From Lentzea waywayandensis (GTDB lineage: Bacteria; Actinomycetota; Actinomycetes; Mycobacteriales; Pseudonocardiaceae), in the NCBI RefSeq assembly GCF_900115955.1, contig NZ_FOYL01000019.1, positions 1 through 64,000 of the forward strand: a DNA stretch of 64,000 bases. Reading direction: 5' to 3'. Numbering within the stretch: position 1 is the first letter of the stretch; each line of letters starts with the position of its first letter. Below the pieces are notes generated by a model, which saw nothing but the letters and a program-made list of their open reading frames with translations, was not told the DNA's origin and ran no database searches. Of the stretch, positions 9,021 through 18,684 are shown in pieces. Made by a program: the position numbers and the translations under genes.

Positions 9021-9076
9021 CGATTTGTATCGATCATTCCCGAAAGTGCAACGGAACAGGCACTTCGCGCATCAGA

Positions 9077-9625
9077 ATGACGAGAAGGGGGGCGATGATG
9101 ACCGAGTTCCTGGCTGCCGCGCTGGCGTTTCCGACCGTGGTGTTCAGCTTTCTGTTGCTGATAGTGCTGGCCTACTGGCTCACGGTGGCGTTGGTGGGCC
9201 TGGACTTCGACGCCCCGGTGATGCCGATCTCCATCTCGATGTTCGTCGTGGTCACGTGGTTCGCCGCGCTGGTCGGCACGGTGCTCACACCCGAAGGCTC
9301 GCTCCGGTACGCCATCCTCGCCGGATCGCTGCTCGTGGGTGCGCTCGTCACGAAGATCCTTCTCATCCCGGTCAAGAAATGGACGAAACCGGAGAAACCG
9401 GCGTCCCGCAACGACTTCGTGGGTCGCACCGCGATCGTCAGGACGACCAGGGTCACCGAACGGTACGGGCAGGCCGAGGTGACCGCCGACGACGGCGGTA
9501 CGGCGGTCGTTCAGGTGCGAGCGGCGCAGAGCACCGATCTCAAAGCGGGACAGACCGCGTTGATCTTCGACTACGACGCAGAGGGCGAGTTCTTCTGGGT
9601 CGTGGACATCACCACAGGGGGCTGA
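9077..9625 (+). CDS. NfeD-like membrane protein (OB-fold, flotillin-associated)
   Basis: N-terminal TM helices followed by a C-terminal OB-fold-like beta domain (GRTAIVRTTRVTERYGQAEVTADDGGTAVVQVRAAQ...ALIFDYDAEGEFFWVVD). Stop TGA 9623-9625 is 2 bp before the flotillin ATG. Confidence 0.75.
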   Translation: MTRRGAMMTEFLAAALAFPTVVFSFLLLIVLAYWLTVALVGLDFDAPVMPISISMFVVVTWFAALVGTVLTPEGSLRYAILAGSLLVGALVTKILLIPVKKWTKPEKPASRNDFVGRTAIVRTTRVTERYGQAEVTADDGGTAVVQVRAAQSTDLKAGQTALIFDYDAEGEFFWVVDITTGG

Positions 9626-9627
9626 AC

Positions 9628-11553
9628 ATGGGTGCGATCTCTACGGGGCTGATCGTGCTGATCGCCGTGAGCGCGTTCGTGCTGATCTTGGCACTGATCA
9701 CGCTGAGCAGACTTTTCAAGAAGTGCGAGCAGGGCAAGGCGCTGATCGTCTCGAAGATGCGCAAGGTCGACGTGACCTTCACGGGAACCGTTGTGCTGCC
9801 GGTGCTGCACAGGTGCGAGACGATGGACATCTCGGTGAAGACCATCGAGATCCGCAGGGCCGGCAACGAGGGCCTGATCTGCCGCGACAACATCCGCGCG
9901 GACATCCGCATCACGTTCTTCGTGCGGGTCAACAAGACCGTCGAGGACGTCATCAAGGTCGCGCAGGCGATCGGCACCGAGCGCGCGAGCCACGAGGCCA
10001 CGCTGCAGGAGCTGTTCAACGCCAAGTTCTCCGAGGCGCTCAAGACCGTCGGCAAGCAGCTCGACTTCGTCGATCTGTACACCCACCGCGACGAGTTCCG
10101 CGACCGGATCGTGCAGGTCATCGGCACCGACCTCAACGGCTACAGCCTCGAGGACGCGGCCATCGACTACCTGGAGCAGACGCCGCTCAAGCAGCTCGAC
10201 CCGGCGAACATCCTGGACGCGCAGGGCATCCGCAAGATCACCGAGCTGACCGCGATCGAGCACGTCAAGACGAACGAGTTCACTCGCAACGAGGAGAAGG
10301 AGATCACGCGCCAGAACGTCAGCGCGCGTGAGGCGATCCTGGAACTCGAACGGCGCCAGGCCGACGCGGAGATCAAGCAGAAGCGCGAGATCGAGACCGC
10401 CCGCGCGCAGCAGGAGGCGGAGACGCAGAAGGTGCAGGCCGAGGAACGCCTCAAGGCCAACACCGCCTTCATCCGCACCGAGGAACAGCTCGGCATCCAG
10501 ACCGAGAACAAGGCCCGCGAGATCGCCGTCGCCGAGAAGAACCGCGAGCGCGTGATCGCCGTCGAGACCGAGCGCATCGAGAAGGACCGCATGCTGGAGG
10601 TCATCGCCCGCGAACGCGAGACGTCGCTGCGCATGATCGAGAAGGACAAGGAGCTCGAGCACGAGCGCCGCGCGATCGCCGACCTGGTGCGCGAGCGCGT
10701 CGCCGTCGAGAAGACGGTGGCCGAGCAGGAGGAGAACATCAAGCGCCTGCGTGCGGTCGAGGAGGCCGAGCGCGACCGTCAGCAGATCATCATCCGCGCC
10801 GAGGCCGAGGCGCAGGAGTCGCTGGTCAAGGACATCAAGGCAGCCGAGGCCGCGGAACAGTCCGCGCAGCACAAGGCACGCGAGGAGGTCGTGCTCGCCG
10901 AGGCGCGCAACAAGGCCGCCGAGCTGGACACCCGCTCCAAGATCCGTCTCGCCGAGGGCACGCAGGCCGAGGCCGCGGCGAAGGGCCTCGCGGACGCGCT
11001 GGTCAAGGAACGCGACGCCGCCGCGTCCGAGGCGCTCGGTCGCGCCGAGGCCGTGGTCGACCGCGAGAAGGCCCTGGCCGACGCCGAGGGCATCAAGGAA
11101 CGCCTCAAGGGCGAGGCGGAAGGCCTGTCGCACAAGGCAGAGGCGATGGCCGCGCTCGACACGGCCACTCGCGAGCACGAGGAGTACCGGCTCCGTCTCG
11201 AAGCCGAGAAGGAGATCCGCCTCAAGGGCATCGACGTGCAGCGCGAGATCGCCGAGGCCCAGGCCATGGTGCTCGCGGCCGGCCTGGAGAAGGCCGACAT
11301 CGACATCATCGGTGGCGACACGATGTTCTTCGACAGGATCGCCAGCTCGATCACCGCGGGCAAGCAGGTCGACGGCTTCGTCGGCGGCTCGGACGTGGTG
11401 CAGGCGCTGGGCTCCAAGTGGATGGACGGGTCGGCGAACTTCCCGGAGGACCTGACCAAGATCCTCAGCTCGTTCACCACGGGTGACGCGCAGAACATCG
11501 CCGCGGCGATCGCGCTGACCCAGATGGCCAAGAACAACGGCCAGACCGCATGA
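9628..11553 (+). CDS. flotillin-like SPFH/band-7 domain protein with long C-terminal E/A/R/K coiled coil
   Basis: N-terminal TM helix, SPFH domain (ALIVSKMRKVDVTFTGTVVLP...IRADIRITFFVRVNKTVEDVIKVAQ), extended coiled-coil tail. ORF 8977-11553 is in the same frame, but the upstream 217 codons are GC-rich read-through and overlap nfeD, so the ATG at 9628 is taken as the start. Confidence 0.85.
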   Translation: MGAISTGLIVLIAVSAFVLILALITLSRLFKKCEQGKALIVSKMRKVDVTFTGTVVLPVLHRCETMDISVKTIEIRRAGNEGLICRDNIRADIRITFFVRVNKTVEDVIKVAQAIGTERASHEATLQELFNAKFSEALKTVGKQLDFVDLYTHRDEFRDRIVQVIGTDLNGYSLEDAAIDYLEQTPLKQLDPANILDAQGIRKITELTAIEHVKTNEFTRNEEKEITRQNVSAREAILELERRQADAEIKQKREIETARAQQEAETQKVQAEERLKANTAFIRTEEQLGIQTENKAREIAVAEKNRERVIAVETERIEKDRMLEVIARERETSLRMIEKDKELEHERRAIADLVRERVAVEKTVAEQEENIKRLRAVEEAERDRQQIIIRAEAEAQESLVKDIKAAEAAEQSAQHKAREEVVLAEARNKAAELDTRSKIRLAEGTQAEAAAKGLADALVKERDAAASEALGRAEAVVDREKALADAEGIKERLKGEAEGLSHKAEAMAALDTATREHEEYRLRLEAEKEIRLKGIDVQREIAEAQAMVLAAGLEKADIDIIGGDTMFFDRIASSITAGKQVDGFVGGSDVVQALGSKWMDGSANFPEDLTKILSSFTTGDAQNIAAAIALTQMAKNNGQTA

Positions 11554-14500
11554 CACAACTCGACGCGGGCACTTATGAGGTGCTGCGGGCCAGGCTGGCT
11601 GATCAGGCCACCGAACTCGCCCGCAGCACCGAGGCGCTGAACGACCGGCGCGTCGAGACGTTCGGCAGCACGGCCCTCGAACTCGTCGCCACCGAACGCA
11701 TCCGGACCGAGAACAACTGCGTGCCGCGCGACATCGTCGCGCTCGGCGACGTGATGCTGTTCGGCTACAACGTCTTCATGGGCCTCAAGCCCGAGACGAC
11801 GGTCAACGACGTCTTCGCGGCGCACGGCAGGGACTTCGCCACGGTCGAGGCGGAGTTCCTGCGGGACCCGAGGTTCCGCAACGACTTCGCCGAGCTGTAC
11901 CGGTACTACCGGGAAACGCGGCTGCTCCAGCTGCGCACGGTCGAGTCGCGGCTGCTCGCGGTGTTCCAGACGGGCGCGCGGATCGAGGACATCCGCGTGC
12001 TGCGCTGGGACATCAAGGTCGACGGCACGGTCACGTACGTCGACAACCGCGGCGACCGGGACCACGTCTTCCCGCCCTCGCACGACTTCACGTGGGTCGA
12101 GACGACCCGCGAGCAGCACGTGCTCGGCCGGCACCCACACATCGCGATCGACAACGAGGTCTTCGTCGAGACGGTCGGCGGCACGCTGACGGTCAAGATC
12201 GAGGACAACACCGAGTCCGGTGAGGGCGTCTACGAGGAGCCCGTCGACGAACCGTTGCAGAGCCTCGCGGACGCCGAGATCCACTACGCCCGCGTCGGCC
12301 CGTTGATCCTCCTCAAGATCCTGCCGTACAAGGAAACGGCGTGGCGGCACCTTGTGTTCAACACCCGCACCAAGGTCGTCACCAGGCTCGACGGCATCGG
12401 CCAGGCCTGTCAGCGTCTGCCGGAGGACCAGGGGATCATCTTCCCCGGCGGCTACTACCTGGTCACGGGCGCGGACAAGACGTTCGACGTCGACACGGAC
12501 GAGCTGGAGTTCGAGCGGGTCGTCCGGTCCGCGAACGGCGAGGACGTGCTGTACGTCTTCCACGCCCGCCGCGAGGGCCGCAGCCTGTTGTTGCCCTACA
12601 ACGTGATCCGCAAGGAAGTCGCGACACCCATCACCTGCCACGGCTACTCGCTCTTCGCCGACGGCACGCTGGTCGTCTTCCGCGAGACCGGCTCAGAGGC
12701 CGTGCGCGTGCACCCGATGCAGGTGTGGCGCACGCCGTTCGTCCACGACGAGGTGCTGCCGGACCAGGCGGGCCCGCTCGCCCGCATCGGCAACGCCGAC
12801 CTGGTCCGCGGCATCTCGGACTGCCTGTCCATCACCAGGATGAGCGCCGAGATGACGCCGAGCGCACCGGTGTTCGAGGGCCTGATCGCCCTGTGCACCA
12901 GGGTGATCGACGGCGTGCACTGGCTCGACGAGCTGGGGCTCAAGCAGGACGTCCAGGCCGTGCGTGCCACGGCCGAGCAGGTGCTGGACGAGTTCGAGGC
13001 CGTCCGCACGCTCACCGAGCACGCCGCCCAGCAGCTCCACACCGCCGGCGAGAAGCTCGCCTCACTGGTCAGGCTCGCCAGGTCGGCTGCGCCGAGAAGT
13101 GCCGACGAGTGGGTGCGGCTGCTGGCCGATCTGCGGTCCGCCCAGGGCCGGCTGATCACCCTCAAGGACCTCAAGTACGTCGATCTCGAAGAGATCGACA
13201 GGCGCGAGGCCGAACTGGTCGAGGAACTCGGCGCGTCCGCCCGCAGAGCCGTCGCGTTCCTCAGCGGCGAGGGCGCGTTCTCCCAGTACCACGAGGAAAT
13301 CGACCAGATCGCGGCCGCGGAGCTGAAGATCGCGGCTGAGGCGACGCCGTTGCGTGAACGCCTCGCGCAGCAGCAGACCGGCCTGGAGGTGCTGACCGAG
13401 GTCGTCAGCACGCTCGACGCCGCGGACACGACGACCCGCACGCAGATCCTGGCGAGCATCGGCGAGGTGCTGGCCGCGGTCAACCGGGCACGGGCCACTG
13501 TGGACGGTCGGCGCGCCCAGCTCGCGAACGCCGAGGGCCGCGCCGAGTTCGCCGCGGAGTTCGCGCTGCTCGGCCAGGCCATCACCGGCGCGTTGTCGGT
13601 CGCGGACACCCCGCAGCGCTGCGACGACCAGCTCGGCAGGCTGTTGCTCCAGCTGGAGAACCTGGAGTCGCGGTTCGGCGAGTTCGACGACTTCCTCGCC
13701 CAGGTCGGCGCCAAGCGCACGGACGTCTACGAGGCCTTCTCCGCCCGCAAGCAGACGCTGCTCGACGAACGTGCGAGAAAAGCCGATCGGCTCGTGCAGT
13801 CCGCGGAACGGGTGCTCGGTACGATCCGCCGTCGCGTCGGGAAGCTGACCTCGACCGACGAGATCAACACGTACTTCGCCGGCGACCCGATGGTCGCCAA
13901 GGTCCGCACGGTCGCCGAGCAGCTCAGGGAGCTCGGCGACGTCCGGGCCGACGAGCTCGACGCGAGTCTGCGCGATGCCCGGCAAGAGGGAGGCCGGGCA
14001 CTGCGTGACCGGGCCGATCTGTACGACGGCGCGTCGATCGTGCTCGGTCGTCATCGCTTCCCGGTGACGACCGAGCCGATGAACCTCACTCTCGTGCCGC
14101 GCGACGGCCGTCTCTACTACGCGGTCACCGGAACCGACTACCGCAGCGAGGTCACCGACCCGGAGTTCGGCAGGACCAGGCCGTTCTGGGACCAGCTGCT
14201 GGTCTCCGAGACGCAGGACGTCTACCGGTCCGAGCATCTCGCCGGATGCCTGCTCGCCGAAGGCCGCACCGACGTCACGAACGCCGCGGCGGAACGCTAC
14301 GACGAGGGCTACGAGAAGGGCGTCCACGACCACGACGCCGAGAAGATCCTCGCTGTCCTGCAACGGCTTCACGCCGGTGCCGGTCTGCTCAGATACCCGC
14401 CTTCGACCCGTGCCCAGGCGCAGATCTTCTGGTCCGAACAGCCGGAAGACCGACGAGCGGTGTGGACGCGCAAGGCCGAGTCACTGGCCCGCGCCCGCAC

Positions 14501-15968
14501 AATCTTCGGTGGCACGCACGGAATTCCGGAGCTGACAAAGCAGTTCGGGCTCGAAGCACTCTCCGCCGAGTACCTGTTCGAGGAACTCGCCTGCGAGCCC
14601 AGGGGATTCGTCACCAGCAAGGCCGCCCGCGCGGTGATCGACAGGTTCCGCGCGGTCGTCACCGAGGAACTCCACGACCGCGACCTGATCGAGGCGTGGC
14701 TGCACGCGTTCCTGAAGGACGAGGACTGCCCGGAGTTCCCCGAGGTCGTCGCGATCCTGCTCACCGACCTGCCGCGCTACGACTCCAGCGCGTCGCTGAG
14801 CGAGACCGTCACCGGCCTGCTCGGCACGCACCCCCGTGTGCACGACCAGTCGATGGACCTGCGCCTGGACGAGACCCTGACCAGGCTCAGAGCCTTCAAC
14901 ACCGAACAGGTGCCCGCCTTCCGCGCCTACCAGCGCAAACGTGACGAGTTGCTGACCGAGGAACGCCGCAGGCTCCGGCTCGACGACTACCAGCCCGCGG
15001 TGCTGAACACGTTCGTGCGCAACAGGTTGCTGAACGAGGTCTACCTGCCGTTGATCGGCGACAACCTCTCCAAGCAACTCAACGACGGCACCGGCCTGCT
15101 GATGCTGATCTCCCCGCCCGGCTACGGCAAGACGACGCTGATGGAGTACGTCGCGAACCGCCTGGGCATGGTGTTCGTCAAGGTCAACGGCCCGGCGCTG
15201 GGCACCGGCGTCACCTCGCTCGACCCGGCGGAGGCACCGAACGCCACCGCGCGCCAGGAGGTCGAGCGGATCAACTTCGCGTTCGCCCTGGGCAGCAACG
15301 TTCTGCTGCACCTCGACGACATCCAGCACACCTCACCCGAGCTGCTGCAGAAGTTCATCTCGCTCTGCGACGCCCAACGACGGATCGACGGCGTCTGGGA
15401 CGGCGAGGCACGCACGTTCGACCTGCGGGGCAAGCGCTTCGCGGTGTCGATGGCAGGTAACCCGTACACCGAGACCGGCCGCGCTTTCCGGGTCCCCGAC
15501 ATGCTCGCGAACCGCGCGGACGTGTGGAACCTCGGTGACGTGCTGTCCGGCCGCGACGCGCTGTTCGCGTTGAGCTATCTGGAGAACGCGTCCGGCTCGA
15601 ACCCGACCCTGGGCGGGGTCGACGTGGAACCGTTGGTGCGCTTGGCGAACGGCGAGACCGTCCGGCACGACCACGAGACCGTCGAGCTCGAACGGATGCT
15701 GTCGGTGGTCCGGAAGCTGCAACGGATCCAGCAGGTCGTGCTCAAGGTCAACCAGGCCTACATCGCGTCCGCGGCGGACCCGTCCGAGCAGCCGTTCCTG
15801 TTGCAGGGCAGCTACCGCAACATGATCAGGATGGCGGCGAGGATCGTGCCGGCGATGAACGACGACGAGGTCGAGGCGTTGATCGACGACCACTACCTCG
15901 GCGAGGCCCAGCTGCTCGGCTCATTGGCGGAAGCGAACCTCGCGAAGCTCAGGGAGCTCAAGGCTTAG
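11550..15968 (+). CDS. 1472-aa multidomain protein with C-terminal AAA+ ATPase domain, translationally coupled to flotillin
   Basis: ATGA overlap with the flotillin stop (11550-11553). N-terminal ~450-aa unknown domain, central ~400-aa predicted coiled-coil region, C-terminal Walker A (LISPPGYGKTTLMEY) and Walker B (VLLHLDDIQH) followed by a GNPYTETGRAFRVPDMLANR segment. Confidence 0.8.
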   Translation: MTQLDAGTYEVLRARLADQATELARSTEALNDRRVETFGSTALELVATERIRTENNCVPRDIVALGDVMLFGYNVFMGLKPETTVNDVFAAHGRDFATVEAEFLRDPRFRNDFAELYRYYRETRLLQLRTVESRLLAVFQTGARIEDIRVLRWDIKVDGTVTYVDNRGDRDHVFPPSHDFTWVETTREQHVLGRHPHIAIDNEVFVETVGGTLTVKIEDNTESGEGVYEEPVDEPLQSLADAEIHYARVGPLILLKILPYKETAWRHLVFNTRTKVVTRLDGIGQACQRLPEDQGIIFPGGYYLVTGADKTFDVDTDELEFERVVRSANGEDVLYVFHARREGRSLLLPYNVIRKEVATPITCHGYSLFADGTLVVFRETGSEAVRVHPMQVWRTPFVHDEVLPDQAGPLARIGNADLVRGISDCLSITRMSAEMTPSAPVFEGLIALCTRVIDGVHWLDELGLKQDVQAVRATAEQVLDEFEAVRTLTEHAAQQLHTAGEKLASLVRLARSAAPRSADEWVRLLADLRSAQGRLITLKDLKYVDLEEIDRREAELVEELGASARRAVAFLSGEGAFSQYHEEIDQIAAAELKIAAEATPLRERLAQQQTGLEVLTEVVSTLDAADTTTRTQILASIGEVLAAVNRARATVDGRRAQLANAEGRAEFAAEFALLGQAITGALSVADTPQRCDDQLGRLLLQLENLESRFGEFDDFLAQVGAKRTDVYEAFSARKQTLLDERARKADRLVQSAERVLGTIRRRVGKLTSTDEINTYFAGDPMVAKVRTVAEQLRELGDVRADELDASLRDARQEGGRALRDRADLYDGASIVLGRHRFPVTTEPMNLTLVPRDGRLYYAVTGTDYRSEVTDPEFGRTRPFWDQLLVSETQDVYRSEHLAGCLLAEGRTDVTNAAAERYDEGYEKGVHDHDAEKILAVLQRLHAGAGLLRYPPSTRAQAQIFWSEQPEDRRAVWTRKAESLARARTIFGGTHGIPELTKQFGLEALSAEYLFEELACEPRGFVTSKAARAVIDRFRAVVTEELHDRDLIEAWLHAFLKDEDCPEFPEVVAILLTDLPRYDSSASLSETVTGLLGTHPRVHDQSMDLRLDETLTRLRAFNTEQVPAFRAYQRKRDELLTEERRRLRLDDYQPAVLNTFVRNRLLNEVYLPLIGDNLSKQLNDGTGLLMLISPPGYGKTTLMEYVANRLGMVFVKVNGPALGTGVTSLDPAEAPNATARQEVERINFAFALGSNVLLHLDDIQHTSPELLQKFISLCDAQRRIDGVWDGEARTFDLRGKRFAVSMAGNPYTETGRAFRVPDMLANRADVWNLGDVLSGRDALFALSYLENASGSNPTLGGVDVEPLVRLANGETVRHDHETVELERMLSVVRKLQRIQQVVLKVNQAYIASAADPSEQPFLLQGSYRNMIRMAARIVPAMNDDEVEALIDDHYLGEAQLLGSLAEANLAKLRELKA

Positions 15969-16440
15969 CTTTGTCGCACTTCAGGTCGATCGGCTTGCCG
16001 TCCGGGCCGCGCAGGTCGACCGGCTGAAGGTGGTACTTCTTCAGGAGGTCGCAGAACTCGTCGCTCATCGGCCACTCCAGGCAGCGCTTCAACTCTTCGC
16101 CGAAGAGCGTCGAGTCACAGCGCAGCAGGTCGAACAGGCCGGCACCGGGGGTTCCCGGAGCCGGCCGCGGCGGAGGTGGCGGCCGATGATCGGGCCGGTG
16201 CCGGGGCGGCGGGTGGGCGCCAGGGGGTGGCGGCGGAGGTGGCGGCGGCCGTTCGGCACCGATGGCGGACATGGTGGTCGTGGCGGTCGCGGTGATGACC
16301 TCGGGCGGCGGGGGCGGCGGCGCGACCAGGCGGATGTCGACGGGCTTGTCCGGGGGTGCCGCGAACAGGGCCGCGACGAGGGCAGCGCCCATCACCGCGA
16401 CCGCGGCTGTGAAGTAGCCGCGGCGTCTGACACCAGTCAT
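15958..16440 (-). CDS. proline-rich membrane-anchored hypothetical protein with C-terminal 4-Cys domain
   Basis: N-terminal TM helix (YFTAAVAVMGAALVAALFAA), PPPPPP runs, C-terminal CDS..C..C..C domain. 3' end overlaps the ATPase gene by 11 bp convergently. Confidence 0.5.
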   Translation of the reverse strand: MTGVRRRGYFTAAVAVMGAALVAALFAAPPDKPVDIRLVAPPPPPPEVITATATTTMSAIGAERPPPPPPPPPGAHPPPRHRPDHRPPPPPRPAPGTPGAGLFDLLRCDSTLFGEELKRCLEWPMSDEFCDLLKKYHLQPVDLRGPDGKPIDLKCDKAKP

Positions 16441-16528
16441 CGCTCTCGCTCCCCAGGATCCGCCTGCCCGGTAGCCGCCGTCCCCGTGGAATCGTTGTGC
16501 CCGCTAACGGTGTTACGGGATCGCGAAA

Positions 16529-16948
16529 TCATCCAGTCTTGTCAGGCCCCGCACTGGTCAACGAGATCCGCAGGATCACGCGCTGCTCACGTTCCATCGC
16601 CGCCCGGTAGTCGTTCCAGTCGGAGTGCTCACCGGAGATCGTCCGGTAGTACTGGACCAGCAGGTCCATCGCCTCGGGCAACGGCACGACCGTCGCGGTG
16701 CCGTTGATCTGGATCCAGCGCCCGAAGAAGCTGTCCGGCAGCACGCACAACGAGACGTGCGGATCGCGCCGGACCTGTTTCGTCTTGTAGGCGGCGGCTC
16801 GCGTGGAAACGAGCACGTCACCGTTGTCGTCCAGCGCGACGAGCACCGGCGACATGGCCGGCGTGCCGTCGGATTTCACCGCGCAGAACACCGCGCGGTG
16901 CTGGCTGCGGAGCACGTCCCGTGCCTGGTCCAGTTCCATGGTCTTCAT
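16529..16948 (-). CDS. PPOX-class F420-dependent oxidoreductase (pyridoxamine 5'-phosphate oxidase-like)
   Basis: Small split-barrel protein (RAVFCAVKSDGTPAMSPVLVALDDNGDVLVSTRAAAYKTKQVRRDPHVSLCVL). Start assigned to the internal Met. Confidence 0.65.
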   Translation of the reverse strand: MKTMELDQARDVLRSQHRAVFCAVKSDGTPAMSPVLVALDDNGDVLVSTRAAAYKTKQVRRDPHVSLCVLPDSFFGRWIQINGTATVVPLPEAMDLLVQYYRTISGEHSDWNDYRAAMEREQRVILRISLTSAGPDKTG

Positions 16949-16973
16949 CCTGGCGAGGCGGGACGATGTCCGC

Positions 16974-17786
16974 ATGCCCGATCCGAACTCCGTCAGCTGG
17001 CAGCTGCACGCGGACCCGACGATGTGGATCGCCGGAATCTCGAGCCTCTACCTCCAGGCACTGCATCCCAAGGCGGTCGCGGGTGTCGTGCAGAACTCGA
17101 ACTTCCAGGCAGATCCGCTCGGCAGGCTCAAGCGCACGGCGGATTTCGTCGGCCTCGGCGTCTACGGCACCGACGAGGAGATCGCCACCGCTGCGGCACG
17201 GGTGCGGGCCACGCATCGCGGCCTGCGCGGCGTCGTCGACGGCCGGACGTTCCGCGTCGACGAGCCCGAACTGCTGCTCTGGGTTCATTGCTCGGAGGTT
17301 TCGTGCTTCGAAACAGTGCTCGACCGCGCGGGGTACGGACTGTCCGAGAGGCAGAAGGACCTCTACTACTCCGAGCAGCGATCCGCAGCTGCTTTGGTCG
17401 GATTGCACCCGGATGAAGTACCGGGATCCAGGCGTGAAATGGCCGAATACTTCGACCGGATGCGTCCTGTTCTGCGGCGAACGCCCGATTCCGATGTGAT
17501 CTACGACTTCTTGCACGGTCCGCCCGTGCAAGGGTGGGTCCGCCACGGACTGCCCGTGTACCGGGTTCTTGTGGGCCACCTGGCGTATTCGCTACTACCC
17601 GAGTGGGCGCTCGAACTACACGGCCGCGAGCCCTACGCCCACGCTGACCGATGGCTGCGAATGATGCGCCGAGCTGCGCTTTTGGTGCCGGGCAAGATCA
17701 GAAGACTGGCTCCGCCCGACCATCTCAGGCGTGCGATCGAGCGACACGGGAAGCATGTGACACCTGGCAAAGCGAGGCTTCCGTAG
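16974..17786 (+). CDS. MpaB/DUF2236-family oxygenase-like protein
   Basis: Conserved DUF2236 segments (WQLHADPTMWIAGISSLYLQALHPKAVAGV...RVRATHRGLRG...ELLLWVH). Start at MPDPNSV; divergent from the PPOX gene. Confidence 0.6.
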   Translation: MPDPNSVSWQLHADPTMWIAGISSLYLQALHPKAVAGVVQNSNFQADPLGRLKRTADFVGLGVYGTDEEIATAAARVRATHRGLRGVVDGRTFRVDEPELLLWVHCSEVSCFETVLDRAGYGLSERQKDLYYSEQRSAAALVGLHPDEVPGSRREMAEYFDRMRPVLRRTPDSDVIYDFLHGPPVQGWVRHGLPVYRVLVGHLAYSLLPEWALELHGREPYAHADRWLRMMRRAALLVPGKIRRLAPPDHLRRAIERHGKHVTPGKARLP

Positions 17787-17865
17787 TTGTCATACATCAC
17801 AGTCGATCATCGCCGCAGGTCCGTAGCATTGCGCACGAATCCACAACACCCCCGGAAGGCCTGTC

Positions 17866-18684
17866 GTGATCCGTCGTGCCGCGCTCCTGACCGCTGTTGC
17901 GGTGCTCGCCACCGCTTGTGGGAGCGGTGACAGCAGCACAGTCATCGGACGTGCTGACTCCGGGAAGCTGACCATCGGCATCCGCTACGACCAGCCGGGC
18001 CTGAGCGAGCGGCGGCTCGACGGCCGGTACGTCGGCTTCGACGTCGACGTCGCCAGGTACGTGGCGAGCGAGCTCGGGGTGAAGGACACCGGCATCACCT
18101 TCAAGGAGGCCCGTGGCGCCGCCCGCGAGTCGATGCTGGAGAACGGCGAGGCGGACCTGATCATCGCCTCGTACTCGATCACCGACGCCCGCAAGGAGAA
18201 GGTCGCCTTCGCCGGCCCGTACTTCGAGACGGGCCAGGGCATGCTGGTGCGCTTCGGCGAGGAGTCCGTCCAGGGCCCGGAGACCCTGAACGGCCGCAAG
18301 CTATGCTCGGTCAAGGGTTCCACCTCCGCGCAGAAGGTGAAGTCGGACTACTCCAAGAACGTGCAGCTCGTCGAGTACGGCCAGTACTCCGACTGCGTGA
18401 TCGCTCTCATGGCGGGCAACGTCGACGCCGTCTCGACCGACGAGGTCATCCTCGCGGGGTTCGCCGCGGAGAACCCCGAACTGCTCAAGCTCGTCGGCAA
18501 GACGTTCTCCAAGGAGCGCTACGGCATCGGCGTGCCGAAGGGTGACGCCGAATCCCGCGACGCCGTCAACAAGGCCATCGAGAAGATGATTTCGAGCGGC
18601 GAGTGGAAGCGGGCTCTCGAACGCAACGTGGGTCCGTCGGGGTACGAGATCCCGCAGCCACCGCAGATCACGGAGAAGTCCTAG
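17866..18684 (+). CDS. amino-acid (glutamate/glutamine-type) ABC transporter substrate-binding lipoprotein, orphan
   Basis: Lipobox LATACGS; type-2 periplasmic binding fold motifs (IASYSITDARKEKVAFAGPYFETGQGMLV). No adjacent permease or ATPase genes. Confidence 0.75.
   Translation: MIRRAALLTAVAVLATACGSGDSSTVIGRADSGKLTIGIRYDQPGLSERRLDGRYVGFDVDVARYVASELGVKDTGITFKEARGAARESMLENGEADLIIASYSITDARKEKVAFAGPYFETGQGMLVRFGEESVQGPETLNGRKLCSVKGSTSAQKVKSDYSKNVQLVEYGQYSDCVIALMAGNVDAVSTDEVILAGFAAENPELLKLVGKTFSKERYGIGVPKGDAESRDAVNKAIEKMISSGEWKRALERNVGPSGYEIPQPPQITEKS

Noticed and set aside
8977-11553. 858-aa ORF read as a single protein
   Set aside because: Its first ~217 codons overlap the real NfeD gene in another frame. 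The flotillin starts at the ATG at 9628, 2 bp after the nfeD stop and with an N-terminal TM helix.
16440-16529. Possible regulatory element between the proline-rich gene and the PPOX gene
   Set aside because: Short same-strand intergenic spacer with no repeats or palindromes; nothing supportable.
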